Shown here: positions 1 through 12,000 of the stretch, piece by piece | How positions within the stretch are numbered: position 1 is the first letter of the stretch | Layout of the letters: every line of letters begins with the position of its first letter | Origin: an uncultured Prolixibacteraceae bacterium | GTDB taxonomy: Bacteria > Bacteroidota > Bacteroidia > Bacteroidales > Prolixibacteraceae | Assembly (NCBI GenBank): GCA_964567485.1 | Contig: CAZMMX010000003.1 | Coordinates: 68,781-132,780, forward strand | DNA: 64,000 nt | Direction of reading: 5' to 3' | Notes under the pieces: generated by a model | Seen by the model: only the letters and a program-made list of their open reading frames with translations | Database searches by the model: none | Told to the model about the DNA's origin: nothing | Translations under genes and position numbers: made by a program

Positions 1-81
1 CAACGCCGTTCTTACCCCACCCATATGGAGGGGACCTGTCGGACTGGGTGCAAAACGCACACGGACTCTTCTTTCGCTCAT
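1..81 (-). CDS. gltX: glutamate--tRNA ligase, first 27 codons only (gene runs off the left edge)
   Basis: The reverse-strand ATG at 81..79 reads [27 protein letters not shown] to the window edge. [16 protein letters not shown] is the class I HIGH-region string typical of GluRS. It is absent from the ORF track because fewer than 60 aa lie in the window. Confidence 0.7.
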   Translation of the reverse strand, partial: MSERRVRVRFAPSPTGPLHMGGVRTAL

Positions 82-98
82 CGTCGTAAAATTTGCGG

Positions 99-106
99 CA
101 AAGATA
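99..106 (-). promoter_or_regulatory. Bacteroidota-type -7 promoter box (TATCTTTG on minus strand) for gltX
   Basis: Plus-strand CAAAGATA is TAnnTTTG on the minus strand, 18 nt upstream of the gltX ATG. This is motif-level evidence only. Confidence 0.4.
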
Positions 107-201
107 GGGAAAACACAGCGATGAGAAATGAACCCCGGGACTGTCATTTATCACAAAAAAATACGGATCCTTTTTGTTAATTTGGGGCCTGATCAAAAAT
201 T

Positions 202-1401
202 ATGACAGTTATGTACGGAAAAATGAAGCAGGATCTGGTTAAGACCCTTGAAGGTCTGAAAGAGCAGGGGTTATATAAAACCGAAAGGATCATCACCTCG
301 GCACAGGGGGCTGAAATAACGCTGAACTCCGGGGAGCGGGCGCTCAACTTCTGCGCCAACAATTACCTGGGACTGGCATCCCATCCGGCGGTGGTCAGGG
401 CAGCCCAGGAGATCATGAATGACTGGGGCTTCGGGCTCTCGTCGGTGAGGTTTATCTGTGGCACCCAGCAGATCCACAAAGAGCTGGAATCAAGGGTCTC
501 CCGGTTCCTGGGAACCGAAGATACCATTCTGTACTGTGCCGCTTTCGATGCCAACGGCGGAGTTTTTGAACCGTTGCTGGGAGAGGAGGGCGCCATCATC
601 TCAGACGAATTGAACCACGCTTCCATCATCGACGGCGTGCGGCTTTGCAAAGCCCGGCGGTACCGCTACAAACATTCCGACATGGGAGAATTGGAAAAAT
701 GCCTTCAGGAAGCCCAATCGGCCACCTACCGCCTGGTGGTCACCGACGGCGTCTTTTCCATGGACGGCGACATTTGCAAATTACCCGAGATCGTAGCCTT
801 GTGCGATCGCTATGATGCCCTGGTGATGGTCGACGATTCCCATGCCACAGGCTATATCGGCGCCACAGGCCGCGGAACTGCCGAACATTACGGCCTGCTG
901 GGCAAGATCGACATCATCACCACCACCTTCGGCAAGGCCATGGGCGGTGGCAACGGCGGATGCACCTCCGGCAGAAAGGAAATCATTGAAATGCTCAGGC
1001 AGCGGTCACGCCCCTACCTCTTCTCCAATACCCTGGCCCCCGCCACCGTGGGCGCTACCCTCAAAGCCATTGATCTCCTCGAAGAGAATTCCGAAATGTC
1101 GAACAGCGTGATGATCAAAGCCCGCCGCTTCCGCACCAAAATGGAAACCGCCGGCTTTGACCTGGTCAAAGGAGATACCGCCATCATCCCCGTGATGATC
1201 TATGATGAACCCAGGGCCATCCGCTTTGCCGACGAACTGCTGAAAGAAGGAGTCTATGTGATCGGCTTCGTCTTCCCCGTGGTACCCCGCGGAAAAGCCC
1301 GCATCCGCGTGCAAATATCCGCTGCCCACTCCGAAGAACAAATCGACAAAGCAGTTAATGCCTTTATTAAGGCCGGAAAAAAACTGAACCTCATCAGCTA
1401 G
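202..1401 (+). CDS. kbl: 2-amino-3-ketobutyrate CoA ligase (glycine C-acetyltransferase)
   Basis: 399-aa ORF with alpha-oxoamine synthase strings NFCANNYLGL, SVRFICGTQ, DGVFSMDGD, DDSHATG and TFGKAMGG (PLP lysine), plus RSRPYLFSNTLAP. Confidence 0.9.
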   Translation: MTVMYGKMKQDLVKTLEGLKEQGLYKTERIITSAQGAEITLNSGERALNFCANNYLGLASHPAVVRAAQEIMNDWGFGLSSVRFICGTQQIHKELESRVSRFLGTEDTILYCAAFDANGGVFEPLLGEEGAIISDELNHASIIDGVRLCKARRYRYKHSDMGELEKCLQEAQSATYRLVVTDGVFSMDGDICKLPEIVALCDRYDALVMVDDSHATGYIGATGRGTAEHYGLLGKIDIITTTFGKAMGGGNGGCTSGRKEIIEMLRQRSRPYLFSNTLAPATVGATLKAIDLLEENSEMSNSVMIKARRFRTKMETAGFDLVKGDTAIIPVMIYDEPRAIRFADELLKEGVYVIGFVFPVVPRGKARIRVQISAAHSEEQIDKAVNAFIKAGKKLNLIS

Positions 1402-1428
1402 GTCTGCTCTATCAGCCAGGTCTGCTCA
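1393..1428. repeat. 18-nt tandem duplication spanning the kbl stop codon
   Basis: ATCAGCTAGGTCTGCTCT (1393..1410) is followed immediately by ATCAGCCAGGTCTGCTCA (1411..1428), 16/18 identical. The TAG stop lies in copy 1 and is CAG in copy 2. Confidence 0.8.
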
Positions 1429-1502
1429 CTGTCCTGACAGATCCAGGAGAAGAAGTGAGCGATTCACACAGGACTGGCAGAGGTGGTGGCTGAGTATATG
1501 GC

Positions 1503-2609
1503 TCAGGATAAGGCGAATTCCCAAAGGGTGTCGTCCTCATAGGCCTGGTTGCGATACCGGGGGATAAATCCTGCATCGCGGATCGCCTGTTGTATTCCTT
1601 CTGCATCAAAACTGTAGCGGGCCCCCGCTTTGGAGACTACGTTTTCCTCCATCATGATGGAGCCGAAGTCGTTGGCCCCGGCATGGAGGGCGAGTTGGCC
1701 CGTTACAGCCCCCACCGTAAGCCAGGAAGCCTGAATATTGGAGATGTTGTGGAGCATCAGCCTGCTGATGGCCACCAACCGCAGGTAGTCATGGGCGGTA
1801 CTGCGGTTGCGTATTCCCTGCTTTTGAAGCTGCGTTCCCTCATCCATGAATGGCCAGGGCACAAAAGTGACAAAACCACAGGCCCCGTCAGGCTTCTCAC
1901 TTTGGAGCTTCCGCAGATGGTCGAGGTGTTCTATCCTCTCCCGGGGGGTTTCGATGTGGCCATACATCATGGTCGCCGACGTCACCAGGTGCATGCGGTG
2001 GGCCTCCCGCATCACGTCAAGCCACTCCCCCGTTTTGCACTTCCCGGGGGAGATGATGCCCCGCACCCTGTCGGAAAGAATTTCAGCCCCGGCACCCGGA
2101 AGACTCTCCATGCCTGCCGCGACCAGCTCCTCAAGGATATAACGATAGCTCTTCCGCTCCTTGCGGGCGATGAAGACCACTTCCGGAGGCCCCAGAGCAT
2201 GAAGCTTCAGCTGGGGAAACCTCTCCTTCAGCTGCCGGAACAGGGTGGTATAAAAGTCAAGACCCAATTGGGGATGCATCCCCCCCTGCAGGAGCACCTG
2301 ACGGCCTCCGGCCTTGAAAAGCTCTTCGATTTTCAGAAAATAGTCGTCAAGAGTGGTGATGTAAGCCGCCTCATCCCCTTTTTTGCAGTGGAAATTACAA
2401 AACTGGCACCCCGATATGCAAACATTGGTAATATTGATGTTCCGGTCGATGATCCATCCCACCCTGTCTCCCGGAATCTTGCGCCTGCGCACCTCATCGG
2501 CGGCAGCCATCAGCTCTCCCCCGGGGGCCTTTTCATACAGCCAGAGCCCCTCATCCACACTCAGCTCCTCACCCTCCAGCGCCCTGCACAGCAGCTTGTC
2601 ACACTTCAT
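1503..2609 (-). CDS. radical SAM menaquinone (futalosine pathway) enzyme, MqnC/MqnE/CofH family
   Basis: 368-aa ORF with the radical-SAM motif CISGCQFC, then GGMHP..GLDFY, LPGAGAEIL, ATMMYGHIET and FVPWPF. The W-containing FxPWxF string leans towards MqnC-like, but I cannot separate MqnC from MqnE by eye. Confidence 0.8.
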   Translation of the reverse strand: MKCDKLLCRALEGEELSVDEGLWLYEKAPGGELMAAADEVRRRKIPGDRVGWIIDRNINITNVCISGCQFCNFHCKKGDEAAYITTLDDYFLKIEELFKAGGRQVLLQGGMHPQLGLDFYTTLFRQLKERFPQLKLHALGPPEVVFIARKERKSYRYILEELVAAGMESLPGAGAEILSDRVRGIISPGKCKTGEWLDVMREAHRMHLVTSATMMYGHIETPRERIEHLDHLRKLQSEKPDGACGFVTFVPWPFMDEGTQLQKQGIRNRSTAHDYLRLVAISRLMLHNISNIQASWLTVGAVTGQLALHAGANDFGSIMMEENVVSKAGARYSFDAEGIQQAIRDAGFIPRYRNQAYEDDTLWEFALS

Positions 2610-2843
2610 CTGTATATAATATTTAGTTACGATGGTAAATTACGTGAAACAGAGGGTAACCCCTGAAATCCGGCAGTCCCAGGCCGCCAGGCCGGAATGG
2701 CACCATCATTTGCCTCATACAAACCTGGCATCATGATTATTCCCTTTGTTCATTTCCGCGCAACAGTTTTACCATCCCCACGTTTTTGCTACATTTAGGC
2801 TCTCAAAATCATTTTACTGACACCATAATAACCAGGAACCACT

Positions 2844-4262
2844 ATGCTCACAAAAGTTTCAAAAATAACGGATATTCCGGAAAATAGTACTCTGGCGCTT
2901 CTCTTTAGTGACTGGGACCAGCTTCCCATGGCACTGACGGCCGATGAGAAGACCCGCTGGGAGAGACAGCCGGCGAAGACTGATTTTCTGCTGTTGCACA
3001 GGCTACCGCGTTTTATATTTCTGTTCCGGGTCGATGCTTCCAAAGGTGAAGCGGCCCTGAGAGAGAGCTGCCGTAAGGCCGGTGCCGCCTATATGGATGC
3101 TGTCAAACAGGAAAAACAGGAAAACGTAGCCATCGTCGGACTTACCGCTCCCGGAAACACCCTAGCATTCACAGAGGGATTTCTGTTGGCGGGCTACTCT
3201 TTTTCACGCTATAAGAAGGAAAAGGAGGATTTCACACCCCGGGAGGCCGGGGTGGCAGACCCCGGAATAACGCCGGAAGAACTCACAGAACTGGAAATCG
3301 TCACAGCAAGTGTTTTCTGGGCACGGGATCTGGTCAATGAGCCCCTGTCGCAAATGACGGCGGTGGACCTGGCAGAAGCGGTAAGTAGTGAGGCTGCAAA
3401 GGCGGGGGTGACCACCGAGGTGTTCCACAAGCAGAAAATCGAAGCCCTCAGAATGGGCGGACTCCTGGCCGTCAACCGGGGAAGCGTGGACCCTCCCACT
3501 TTTACAGTCATGGAATATAAGCCCCAGGGCCATACCAATGAGAAGCCTGTGGTACTGGTGGGCAAAGGGGTTGTTTTTGACACGGGAGGCCTCAGCCTGA
3601 AGCCTACTCCCCGGTCCATGGATTATATGAAAAGCGACATGGCGGGAGCTGCTGCCATTGCGGCATCCATCATCGCCGCGGCACATGCCGGCCTCCCCCT
3701 TCACCTGATAGGCCTGATCCCCGCCACCGATAACCGTCCCGACGGCAATGCCATCACCCCGGGAGAGGTGATCACCATGGTTGACGGCACCACCGTGGAG
3801 GTCCTGAATACCGACGCCGAAGGACGCCTTCTCCTGGCCGACGCCCTGAGCTACGCCCGCCAATACGACCCCATGCTGGTCATCGACGTGGCCACCCTCA
3901 CCGGAGGAGCCGTTATCATCGCGGGGACTCACGGAATTTGCGCCATGTCGGAGAGTCCCCTTTTTATGCAGACACTCAGGGAATCAGGGGAAGAAGTCTA
4001 TGAAAGAATCATGGAACTCCCCCTCTGGGAGGAGTTCGCCCAGTCGCTCAAATCCGACATCGCCGACCTCTCCAACGTGGGAGGCCGGGAAGGCCAAACC
4101 ATCGTAGCCGCGAAATTTCTCCAGCACTTCACCGCATACCCATGGATACACCTCGACATTGCAGGCCCCTCCTTTCTCTTTGAACGTGACGGATACCGCC
4201 CCAAAGGAGCCACGGGAAACGCCGTCCGCCTCCTTTACCACTTCTTGAAAAAATGTAAATAA
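2844..4262 (+). CDS. pepA: leucyl aminopeptidase (peptidase M17)
   Basis: 472-aa ORF with M17 strings VGKGVVFDTGGLSLKP, MKSDMAGAA and NTDAEGRLLLADAL. Confidence 0.9.
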   Translation: MLTKVSKITDIPENSTLALLFSDWDQLPMALTADEKTRWERQPAKTDFLLLHRLPRFIFLFRVDASKGEAALRESCRKAGAAYMDAVKQEKQENVAIVGLTAPGNTLAFTEGFLLAGYSFSRYKKEKEDFTPREAGVADPGITPEELTELEIVTASVFWARDLVNEPLSQMTAVDLAEAVSSEAAKAGVTTEVFHKQKIEALRMGGLLAVNRGSVDPPTFTVMEYKPQGHTNEKPVVLVGKGVVFDTGGLSLKPTPRSMDYMKSDMAGAAAIAASIIAAAHAGLPLHLIGLIPATDNRPDGNAITPGEVITMVDGTTVEVLNTDAEGRLLLADALSYARQYDPMLVIDVATLTGGAVIIAGTHGICAMSESPLFMQTLRESGEEVYERIMELPLWEEFAQSLKSDIADLSNVGGREGQTIVAAKFLQHFTAYPWIHLDIAGPSFLFERDGYRPKGATGNAVRLLYHFLKKCK

Positions 4263-4267
4263 AAGCG

Positions 4268-4275
4268 TAAATTTG
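4268..4275 (+). promoter_or_regulatory. -7 promoter box TAAATTTG upstream of pdxA
   Basis: Exact TAnnTTTG match 40 nt upstream of the pdxA ATG (4315). Confidence 0.4.
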
Positions 4276-4314
4276 CCCGCTCTGCACGAGAAAAATATCT
4301 AATTATCAGCAATT

Positions 4315-5415
4315 ATGGTTTACAATTCAAAAATAAAGGTGGGCATTACCCACGGCGACATCAACGGCATTGGTTATGAAGTGATTATCAAAACCCTGAT
4401 GGAGCCCAGGATCCTTGAGATGTGCACACCCATTATTTACGGCTCAGCCAAGGTGGCCGCATACCACCGCAAGGCGCTGAACGTGGAGAACGTCAGTTTT
4501 AACCATGTGCGTAATCCCCAGGAGGCTTCCCTGAACAAGGCGAACATTATCAACTGTATTGATGAGAATATCAGGGTGGAACTGGGTAAGTCGACACCTT
4601 CGGCAGGAGAGTCATCGCTGATGGCTCTGGAGAGAGCCGTGGACGATATCCAAAAGGGACACATCGATGTTTTGGTGACTGCCCCCATTAACAAGTACAA
4701 TATCCAAAGCAGCCAGTTTGCCTTTCCCGGCCATACCGAGTACCTGGCCCAGGAATTCAAGACCGACGATGTGGTGATGATGATGGTGAGTGAGAACCTT
4801 AGGGTAGGGGTCGTCACGGGGCATATTCCCCTGGCCGATGTTCCGCGGCAGATCACCCGTAAGAAGATCCTCTCCAGGATCAGGGTCATCCACCGCAGCC
4901 TGCTTGAAGATTTCCAGATCACCAACCCGCGCATTGCCGTGCTGGGCATCAATCCTCATGCCGGAGACACCGGCCTTATCGGCAAGGAAGAACAGGAAAT
5001 CATTATTCCGGCGTTGGAACAGGCCCGTAATGAAGGGATTACCGCTATGGGACCCTATCCCTCCGACGGATTCTGGGGTTCTGGGAACTACGCCCACTTC
5101 GACGCCATTCTGGCCATGTACCACGATCAGGGATTGATTCCCTTCAAGCTGATCTCCTTTGAAAGAGGCGTCAACTATACCGCAGGCCTCCCGGTGGTGA
5201 GAACCTCCCCGGCCCACGGCACCGCCTACGACATCGCCGGCGAAGACAAAGCCTCCCCCGACTCCTTCAGGGAAGCCCTCTACCTGGCCATCGACATTTA
5301 CAAAAACCGCCAGATATACAAGGAGATCGCCCGCGATCCCCTCAAAAAATTCGACATCAACCCCAACCAGGTCGACGAAAACATCGAACTCGGCGAAAGC
5401 GAAGATACACTCTGA
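4315..5415 (+). CDS. pdxA: 4-hydroxythreonine-4-phosphate dehydrogenase
   Basis: 366-aa ORF with GDINGIGYEV, TAPINK, FPGHTEYLA, GINPHAGD and RTSPAHGTAYDIAG. Confidence 0.9.
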   Translation: MVYNSKIKVGITHGDINGIGYEVIIKTLMEPRILEMCTPIIYGSAKVAAYHRKALNVENVSFNHVRNPQEASLNKANIINCIDENIRVELGKSTPSAGESSLMALERAVDDIQKGHIDVLVTAPINKYNIQSSQFAFPGHTEYLAQEFKTDDVVMMMVSENLRVGVVTGHIPLADVPRQITRKKILSRIRVIHRSLLEDFQITNPRIAVLGINPHAGDTGLIGKEEQEIIIPALEQARNEGITAMGPYPSDGFWGSGNYAHFDAILAMYHDQGLIPFKLISFERGVNYTAGLPVVRTSPAHGTAYDIAGEDKASPDSFREALYLAIDIYKNRQIYKEIARDPLKKFDINPNQVDENIELGESEDTL

Positions 5416-5425
5416 ACCATAAGCC

Positions 5426-6007
5426 ATGTATGAATTCATAGAGGGGGAAATTACAGAATTAAACCCGGCATTTGCGGTGTTCAGAACTGGAGGGGTAGGC
5501 TACCTCCTCCATATTTCCCTGAATACCTATTCGGCCCTGAACGGGAAAAAGGAGGTCCGCATATACACCCATTACATCGTCAGGGAAGATGCCCACCTTC
5601 TGTATGGATTCGCCGGTAAACCGGAAAGGGAACTCTTCAGGAGCCTCCTTTCGGTCAATGGGGTGGGTGCTGCCACCGCCCTGATGATGCTTTCCTCGCT
5701 CTCCCCCGACGAGGTCATAGCGGCCATCGCCGCCGAAAACGTCACGCTTCTCAAGTCGGTCAAGGGCATAGGAATCAAAACAGCACAAAGGATCATCATC
5801 GACCTCAAGGATAAGCTGGCCAAAGTCGCTCCGTCAGAACAAATTTTGATCCCCGGAGACAATACCACCCGCAACGAAGCGTTATCAGCATTGGTAATGC
5901 TCGGTTTCGGCAGAAAAGAGGCAGAAACGGCACTGGCCAAGGTGTGCAGGGAAAACCCGAACGCCGGCGTGGAGACCATGATCAAGCTTACACTAAAAAG
6001 GTTATAA
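5426..6007 (+). CDS. ruvA: Holliday junction branch migration complex subunit RuvA
   Basis: 193-aa ORF with N-terminal MYEFIEGEI, HYIVREDAHLLYGF, and helix-hairpin-helix strings LLSVNGVGAATALMML and VKGIGIKTAQRIII. Confidence 0.92.
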   Translation: MYEFIEGEITELNPAFAVFRTGGVGYLLHISLNTYSALNGKKEVRIYTHYIVREDAHLLYGFAGKPERELFRSLLSVNGVGAATALMMLSSLSPDEVIAAIAAENVTLLKSVKGIGIKTAQRIIIDLKDKLAKVAPSEQILIPGDNTTRNEALSALVMLGFGRKEAETALAKVCRENPNAGVETMIKLTLKRL

Positions 6008-6015
6008 CGATTTGG

Positions 6016-9000
6016 ATGAGATTGCACAAGATCGTCAAAAACATACTGCTGCTCACTGTAATAGTTATCTTCTATACCCTCACCGGAGGGGTAGGGTCCA
6101 GGGCGGAGGTCAACCCCCGTTCTTCTTCCTGGGTTCCTGTTGAGAGGATTGCTGCTGCCGACACCACTGGCGGCGACACCCTCCTTCCTTTTCCTTTCCG
6201 CGACCAGCCGGCTTTTGGCCATCCCGACAATCCCGATACCGCCTCCCTCTTCCTCAAAAAACCGGAAAACATCGACCGCCAGGTCGAATACGACCCGGTG
6301 ACGGGCCAGTATGTCTTCTACGAAAAAGTGGGCAGTCTCAACTACCGGCTGCCCCAGAGCATGTCGCTCAAAGATTACATCGACTACGACTTCCGCAAGT
6401 CGGTCAATGACTACTGGCGCCAGCGCCAAAATCTCTCGGAAATGGAAAAGACAGGCTCCCTGATCCCGGGACTGACCATCCAGAGTGAGGCTTTCAACAT
6501 GATCTTCGGGGGCAACACCATCAATATCAAGCCCCAGGGTTACGTGGAGGTGAGTTTCGGCTACCAGATGAATGAGACCGACAACCCCGCCATCCCCGAA
6601 AGGCTCCGTAAGGTCCCCACCTTTGACTTCGACCAGAAAATCCAGATGAACGTCATGGGCCAAATCGGCACCAAGATGAACATGCGGGTCAACTACAACA
6701 CCGAGGCGACCTTTGATTACGAAAACAAGATGAACCTCGAATATACCGGCGAAGAGGATGAGATCATTAAAAGGATAGAAGCCGGAAATGTCTCCCTGCC
6801 CCTCAACGGGTCGCTAATCACCGGAGCCTCCAACCTGTTCGGGGTGAAAGCCGAAATGCAGTTCGGAAAGCTGACCCTGACCACCCTCTTCTCACAGCAC
6901 AAGGGGGAAACCAAAACCGTGGAAACAGAAGGAGGAGCCCAGGTGACCAATTTTGAAATTTCGGCCACCGAATACGATGCTAACCGTCATTTTTTCCTCT
7001 CCCACTATTTCCGTGACCACTACGATGAGGCACTGGGCTCCCTTCCGGTCATCAGGTCGGGAGTGACCATCAATAAAATAGAGGTGTGGGTGACCAATAA
7101 ATCGGGGAACTTCACCGAATCAAGGAATATCCTGGCTCTTCAGGACCTCGGCGAACACGACCCCCACATTTACAATCCCGTGGCGGCGTTCCAGCAAACC
7201 CCGGGCCAGCCGTGGCCCGCGAGCCTCTACCCCAACAACGGGGCCAACGGGATGTACGGAGAAATGTCCACCACCTACGGCGACATCAGAAACATGCAGT
7301 CAATCACCCCGGTGATGGCCCAGTTCGGCAACGACTTCATGGGAGGCCGCGACTTCGAAAAAATAGAACAGGCACGTAAACTCACCGAATCAGAATATAC
7401 CGTCAACCAGAAACTGGGATACATCTCCCTGAACAACGCCCTGAACAACGACGAAATCCTTGCCGTGGCCTTTAATTACACCGTCAACGGTCAGGTGTAC
7501 CAGGTCGGCGAGTTCTCCACCGACGGCATCGACGCCCCACAAACGCTGATCCTCAAGCTGATCAAGGGCACCAACCTCTCCCCCGGTCTTCCCACCTGGG
7601 ATTTGATGATGAAAAACGTATACAACCTGAATGCCTACCAGCTCACCAGCAGCGATTTCATCCTCAATGTAGTCTACATGAACGATTCCACCGGAACCTA
7701 TATCAACTATATCCCGGCAGGAAGGATCAGAGGGCACATCCTGCTGAATGTCCTGAACCTCGACAAGCTCAACAAGCAGCAGGACCCTTACCATGACGGG
7801 GTATTTGACTATATTGAGGGGGTCACGGTCAACTCCTCCACAGGAAGGATCATTTTTCCCGTGCTGGAACCCTTTGGCCGCCACCTCGCCGATTCTCTCC
7901 AGGATGCGCAACTTGCCGAAACATATACCTACCAGTCGCTCTACGATTCCACCCGCACCATTGCCGAGCAGGATGCCGAGCACAACAAGTTCAGGCTCAC
8001 AGGAAGCTACAAGGGATCTTCGAGTTCCGACATCATGGTGGGATCCTTCAACCTGGCACAGGGGTCGGTAAAGGTGACGGCAGGAGGACGTGAATTGGTG
8101 GAAAATGTAGACTATACCGTCGATTACACATTGGGAAGGGTCACCGTGATCAACCCCGGCCTTCTGGAGGCGGGAACCCCCATCCAGGTATCTACCGAAA
8201 GTGAAGATCTCTTCTCGATGCAGCGGAAGAGCCTTCTGGGGGCCCATGCCAACTATGCCTTTTCCGACCGTTTCAACCTGGGAGCCACCGCCCTCTATAT
8301 GCAGGAGAGGCCGCTGACCCAAAAGGTAGACTACGGCATGGATCCCATCTCCAACCTGATGCTGGGCTTCGATGCCCGCTTTTCCACGGAAAGCCAGCTC
8401 CTGACCAAAGCCATCGACAAACTCCCCTTTATCAGCACCAAGGCTCCCTCGGCCATCGACTTCGAGGCGGAATTCGCCCAACTGATCCCCGGCCACTCCC
8501 GGGTTATCGAAAAGAGCGGAAATGCCTATGTCGACGACTTCGAAGGCACCAAAACCTCCATTGACCTGAAAGTCCGCCAGTCATGGGTCCTGGCCACCAC
8601 ACCCCAGCACCAGCCCCTCTTCCCCGAAGGAAACCTGGCCAACCAGAGGGAATACGGCTTCAACAGGGCCCTCCTCTCGTGGTATATCATCGACCCTCTT
8701 TTCTTACGCAGCAGCACCCTCACCCCGGGACATATCAAAAACGACAAGGACCAGCAGTCAAACCACCTGGTACGTGAAGTCTTCGAAAAGGAGATCTTCC
8801 CGGCCAAGGAATCACCGGTGGGAACCCCCACCAACATATCGATGTTTGACCTGGCCTTTTACCCCGCAGAAAAGGGACCCTATAACTTCGACACCCGCCC
8901 GTCGCTCTATTCTGCAGGGGTGACTGCCGACGGAACCCTCCGCGACCCGGCATCACGATGGGGCGGCATCATGCGCAAAATAGAAAACAGCGACTTCGAA

Positions 9001-12000
9001 ACCGCCAATATCGAGTTCATCGAGTTCTGGATGATGGACCCCTTTGTGAATGACTCCACAGGGCTGACTTCAGGAGGGGACCTTTACTTTAACCTGGGGG
9101 ATATCTCGGAAGATATCCTCCGCGACGGCCGCAAGTCGTTCGAAAACGGGCTTCCCACCACCAGCCAGGTCACCAACATCGACACCACGGTGTGGGGAAG
9201 GGTCTCCACCCAGCAGATGCTCGTCAACGCCTTCGACAATAACCCGGGATCGCGGCAGTACCAGGACCTGGGAATGGACGGACTCAACGACGAAGACGAA
9301 CAGAGCTTCTTCAACGATTACCTCGAAGAACTCAGGAATGTCGTCTCCCAGGAGGTCTTCAACGAAATTTCAGGAGACCCCGCAAATGATAACTATCACT
9401 ACTACAGGGGCGCCATCTACGACGACCAGCAACTCTCCATCCTCGAAAGGTATAAACGCTACAGCGGCACCCAGGGCAACTCCCCAACCACGGAAATGTC
9501 ACCCGAATCCTATCCCACCTCGGCCACCACGCTGCCCGACATGGAGGATATCAACAACGACAACACCCTCAACGAATACGAACGCTATTACCAATACCGG
9601 GTGAGCCTGCGCAGGGAAGATATGGAGCTGGGAAAGAATTACATCAACGACATCAAGCAGAGCCGGGTGCAGCTAAAAAACGGAACCATCGGCGAGGTGA
9701 AATGGTACCAGTTCAAGATTCCCGTCAGGGAATACGACGACGTCTGGGGTAACATCTCCGATTTCAAGTCGATCCGTTTCATGAGGATGTTCATGAACGG
9801 TTTTGAAGATCCTGTAGTTCTGCGTTTTGCCACTCTTGACCTGGTGAGGGCCGACTGGCGCCGGTACACCCGCACCCTGACCGAAGAACCGGAAATCCCC
9901 GCATCGGTCAATGCCGCCTTTGACATTTCAGCCGTCAATATCGAGGAGAACGGCAGCAAGTCACCCGTCAACTATATCCTGCCTCCCGGCATCGACCGGG
10001 TCATTGACCCTGCCAATCCGCAATTGCGGCAGCTCAACGAACAGTCGATGGTCATGAAAGTCACCGAACTGGAGCAGGGCGACGCCCGTGCCGCCTATAA
10101 AAGCCTTTACATGGACTTCCGCCGCTACAAAAAACTGAAAATGGAAATCCACGCAGAAGCCCTGGAAGGCCATGCCCTGAAAGACGACGAACTGGTCTTC
10201 TTCATCAGGATGGGGTCTGACTACAACTACAACTACTACGAGTATGAGATACCGCTGAAGCTGACCCCTGAAGGCCGCTACAACGGGGAGATCGAAGCCG
10301 ACCGTTACGAGGTATGGCCCGATGCCAACCGCCTCGACGTGCCCCTGGAGCTCTTCACCAATGCCAAACTCGACAGGGATGCCGAAATGCGCAAGGCAGG
10401 ATCACGCCTGAGAATTCAGGATGTCTACGAACAGTACCACAGAGGGTGGAACGACAATAAAAACCTGGTGAAGGTGAAGGGTTCTCCCAACCTGGGGAAT
10501 GTTCAGGTAATGATGATGGGTATCCGCCACAAAAAAAGGGACATCAACACCGGGCCCAAATCAGTGGAGGTATGGGTCAACGAATTGCGTCTCTCGGAAT
10601 TTGACGAAAAAGGCGGATGGGCGGCCAATGCCCGTATGACGGCACGCCTGGCCGACCTGGGAACCGTGACCATGGCCGGAAGACACCGCTCCATGGGCTT
10701 CGGAAGCATCGAGCAGAATGTCAACCAGCGAAGCATCGACAACCTCACCGAATACGACATCGCCTCCTCCATCGACCTGGGCCGTTTCTTCCCCAGGGAA
10801 ACAGGCGTCAACATCCCCCTCTATTATGGCTATTCGAAGAGCATGACCGAACCGAAATACGACCCCACCAACCCCGACATAGAACTCAAAACAAGCCTCG
10901 ACCGCACCGAAACACGCCATGAACGCGACTCCCTGCGCAATATCGCCCAGGATCTGGTGGTGCGTAAAAGCCTCAACTTCACCAATGTCAGGGTGGATCC
11001 CCAACAGGAAACCCCCAAACCAGCCAGGTTATGGAGCCCCGGGAACTTCTCGGTGACTTACTCCTATAATGAGATCTTCAAACGGAATATCAACACCGAA
11101 TATAACGTCGACAAGATCTACCGGGGTATGTTTTCCTACAACTTCAACACCCGCCCTGAACTGTGGAGCCCTCTCTCCAAGGTGAAATTCCTCCAGAAAG
11201 GGCCCCTGAAGCTCCTCGGCGACTTCAACCTATACCCCCTGCCGACTCAGCTCTCGTTCCGCACCGACCTCTATCGCCGCTATAATGAAGTGCAGGCACG
11301 AAATATCACCAATCCGGGACTTATCCTGCCCACCACGTTCGAGAAGGATTTCCTCTGGAACCGCAATTTCGACCTGGTCTATGACATCACGCGTAACCTG
11401 AAGGCCGACTTTTCATCACGGGGAACCTCACGCATCGATGAACCCGAAGGACGTTTTAACCGCCGCGACGACGACTATGAATGGAAACGGGACTCCATGG
11501 TAGCCAACCTGATAGCCCTGGGAAGACCCGTTCTCTACAACCACGATGTCAACATTACCTATACGGTACCGCTGAACCGTTTCAAGGCCCTTAACTTCCT
11601 GAATCTCAATGGCCGCTATATGGGTTCTTACAACTGGCAGGCGGGACCTGTCACCGCTGACACCATCAGGCTCGGAAATATCATCCAGAATTCCCAGAAC
11701 CTCACCCTCACCGGGAATGTCAGCCTGACCTCGCTCTACAATATGGTCCCCTACCTGAAAAATCTGGAAACCAAATTCCAGAATACCGGGCGTAGCCGTT
11801 ACGGAGGGTATGGCGGACGTACGACAACGCAGGGGTCATCGTCTTCGGGCCGCCGGGCCCAGCAGCAGGTAACCCCGCGGCCTGAGGTCAGGGAAGCTCC
11901 TGTTTTCAACCAGGCCAATGTGAAGCTGACACCCGGGGAGCCGGTGACCATCAGCCACAAACTGGGAGTGAAGGAGGTCACCCTGAAAGTCACGGAAAAC

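Noticed and set aside
1-186. Plus-strand frame open from the window edge to TAA at 184..186 (Cys/Arg/His-rich).
   Set aside because: The composition is not protein-like. The same DNA is explained by the gltX 5' end on the minus strand (1..81) plus its promoter region.
5944-6015. N-terminal extension of sprA in the ORF track, overlapping the ruvA 3' end by 64 nt.
   Set aside because: The extension is basic and non-hydrophobic. ATG 6016 directly precedes a signal-like hydrophobic segment and avoids the overlap.
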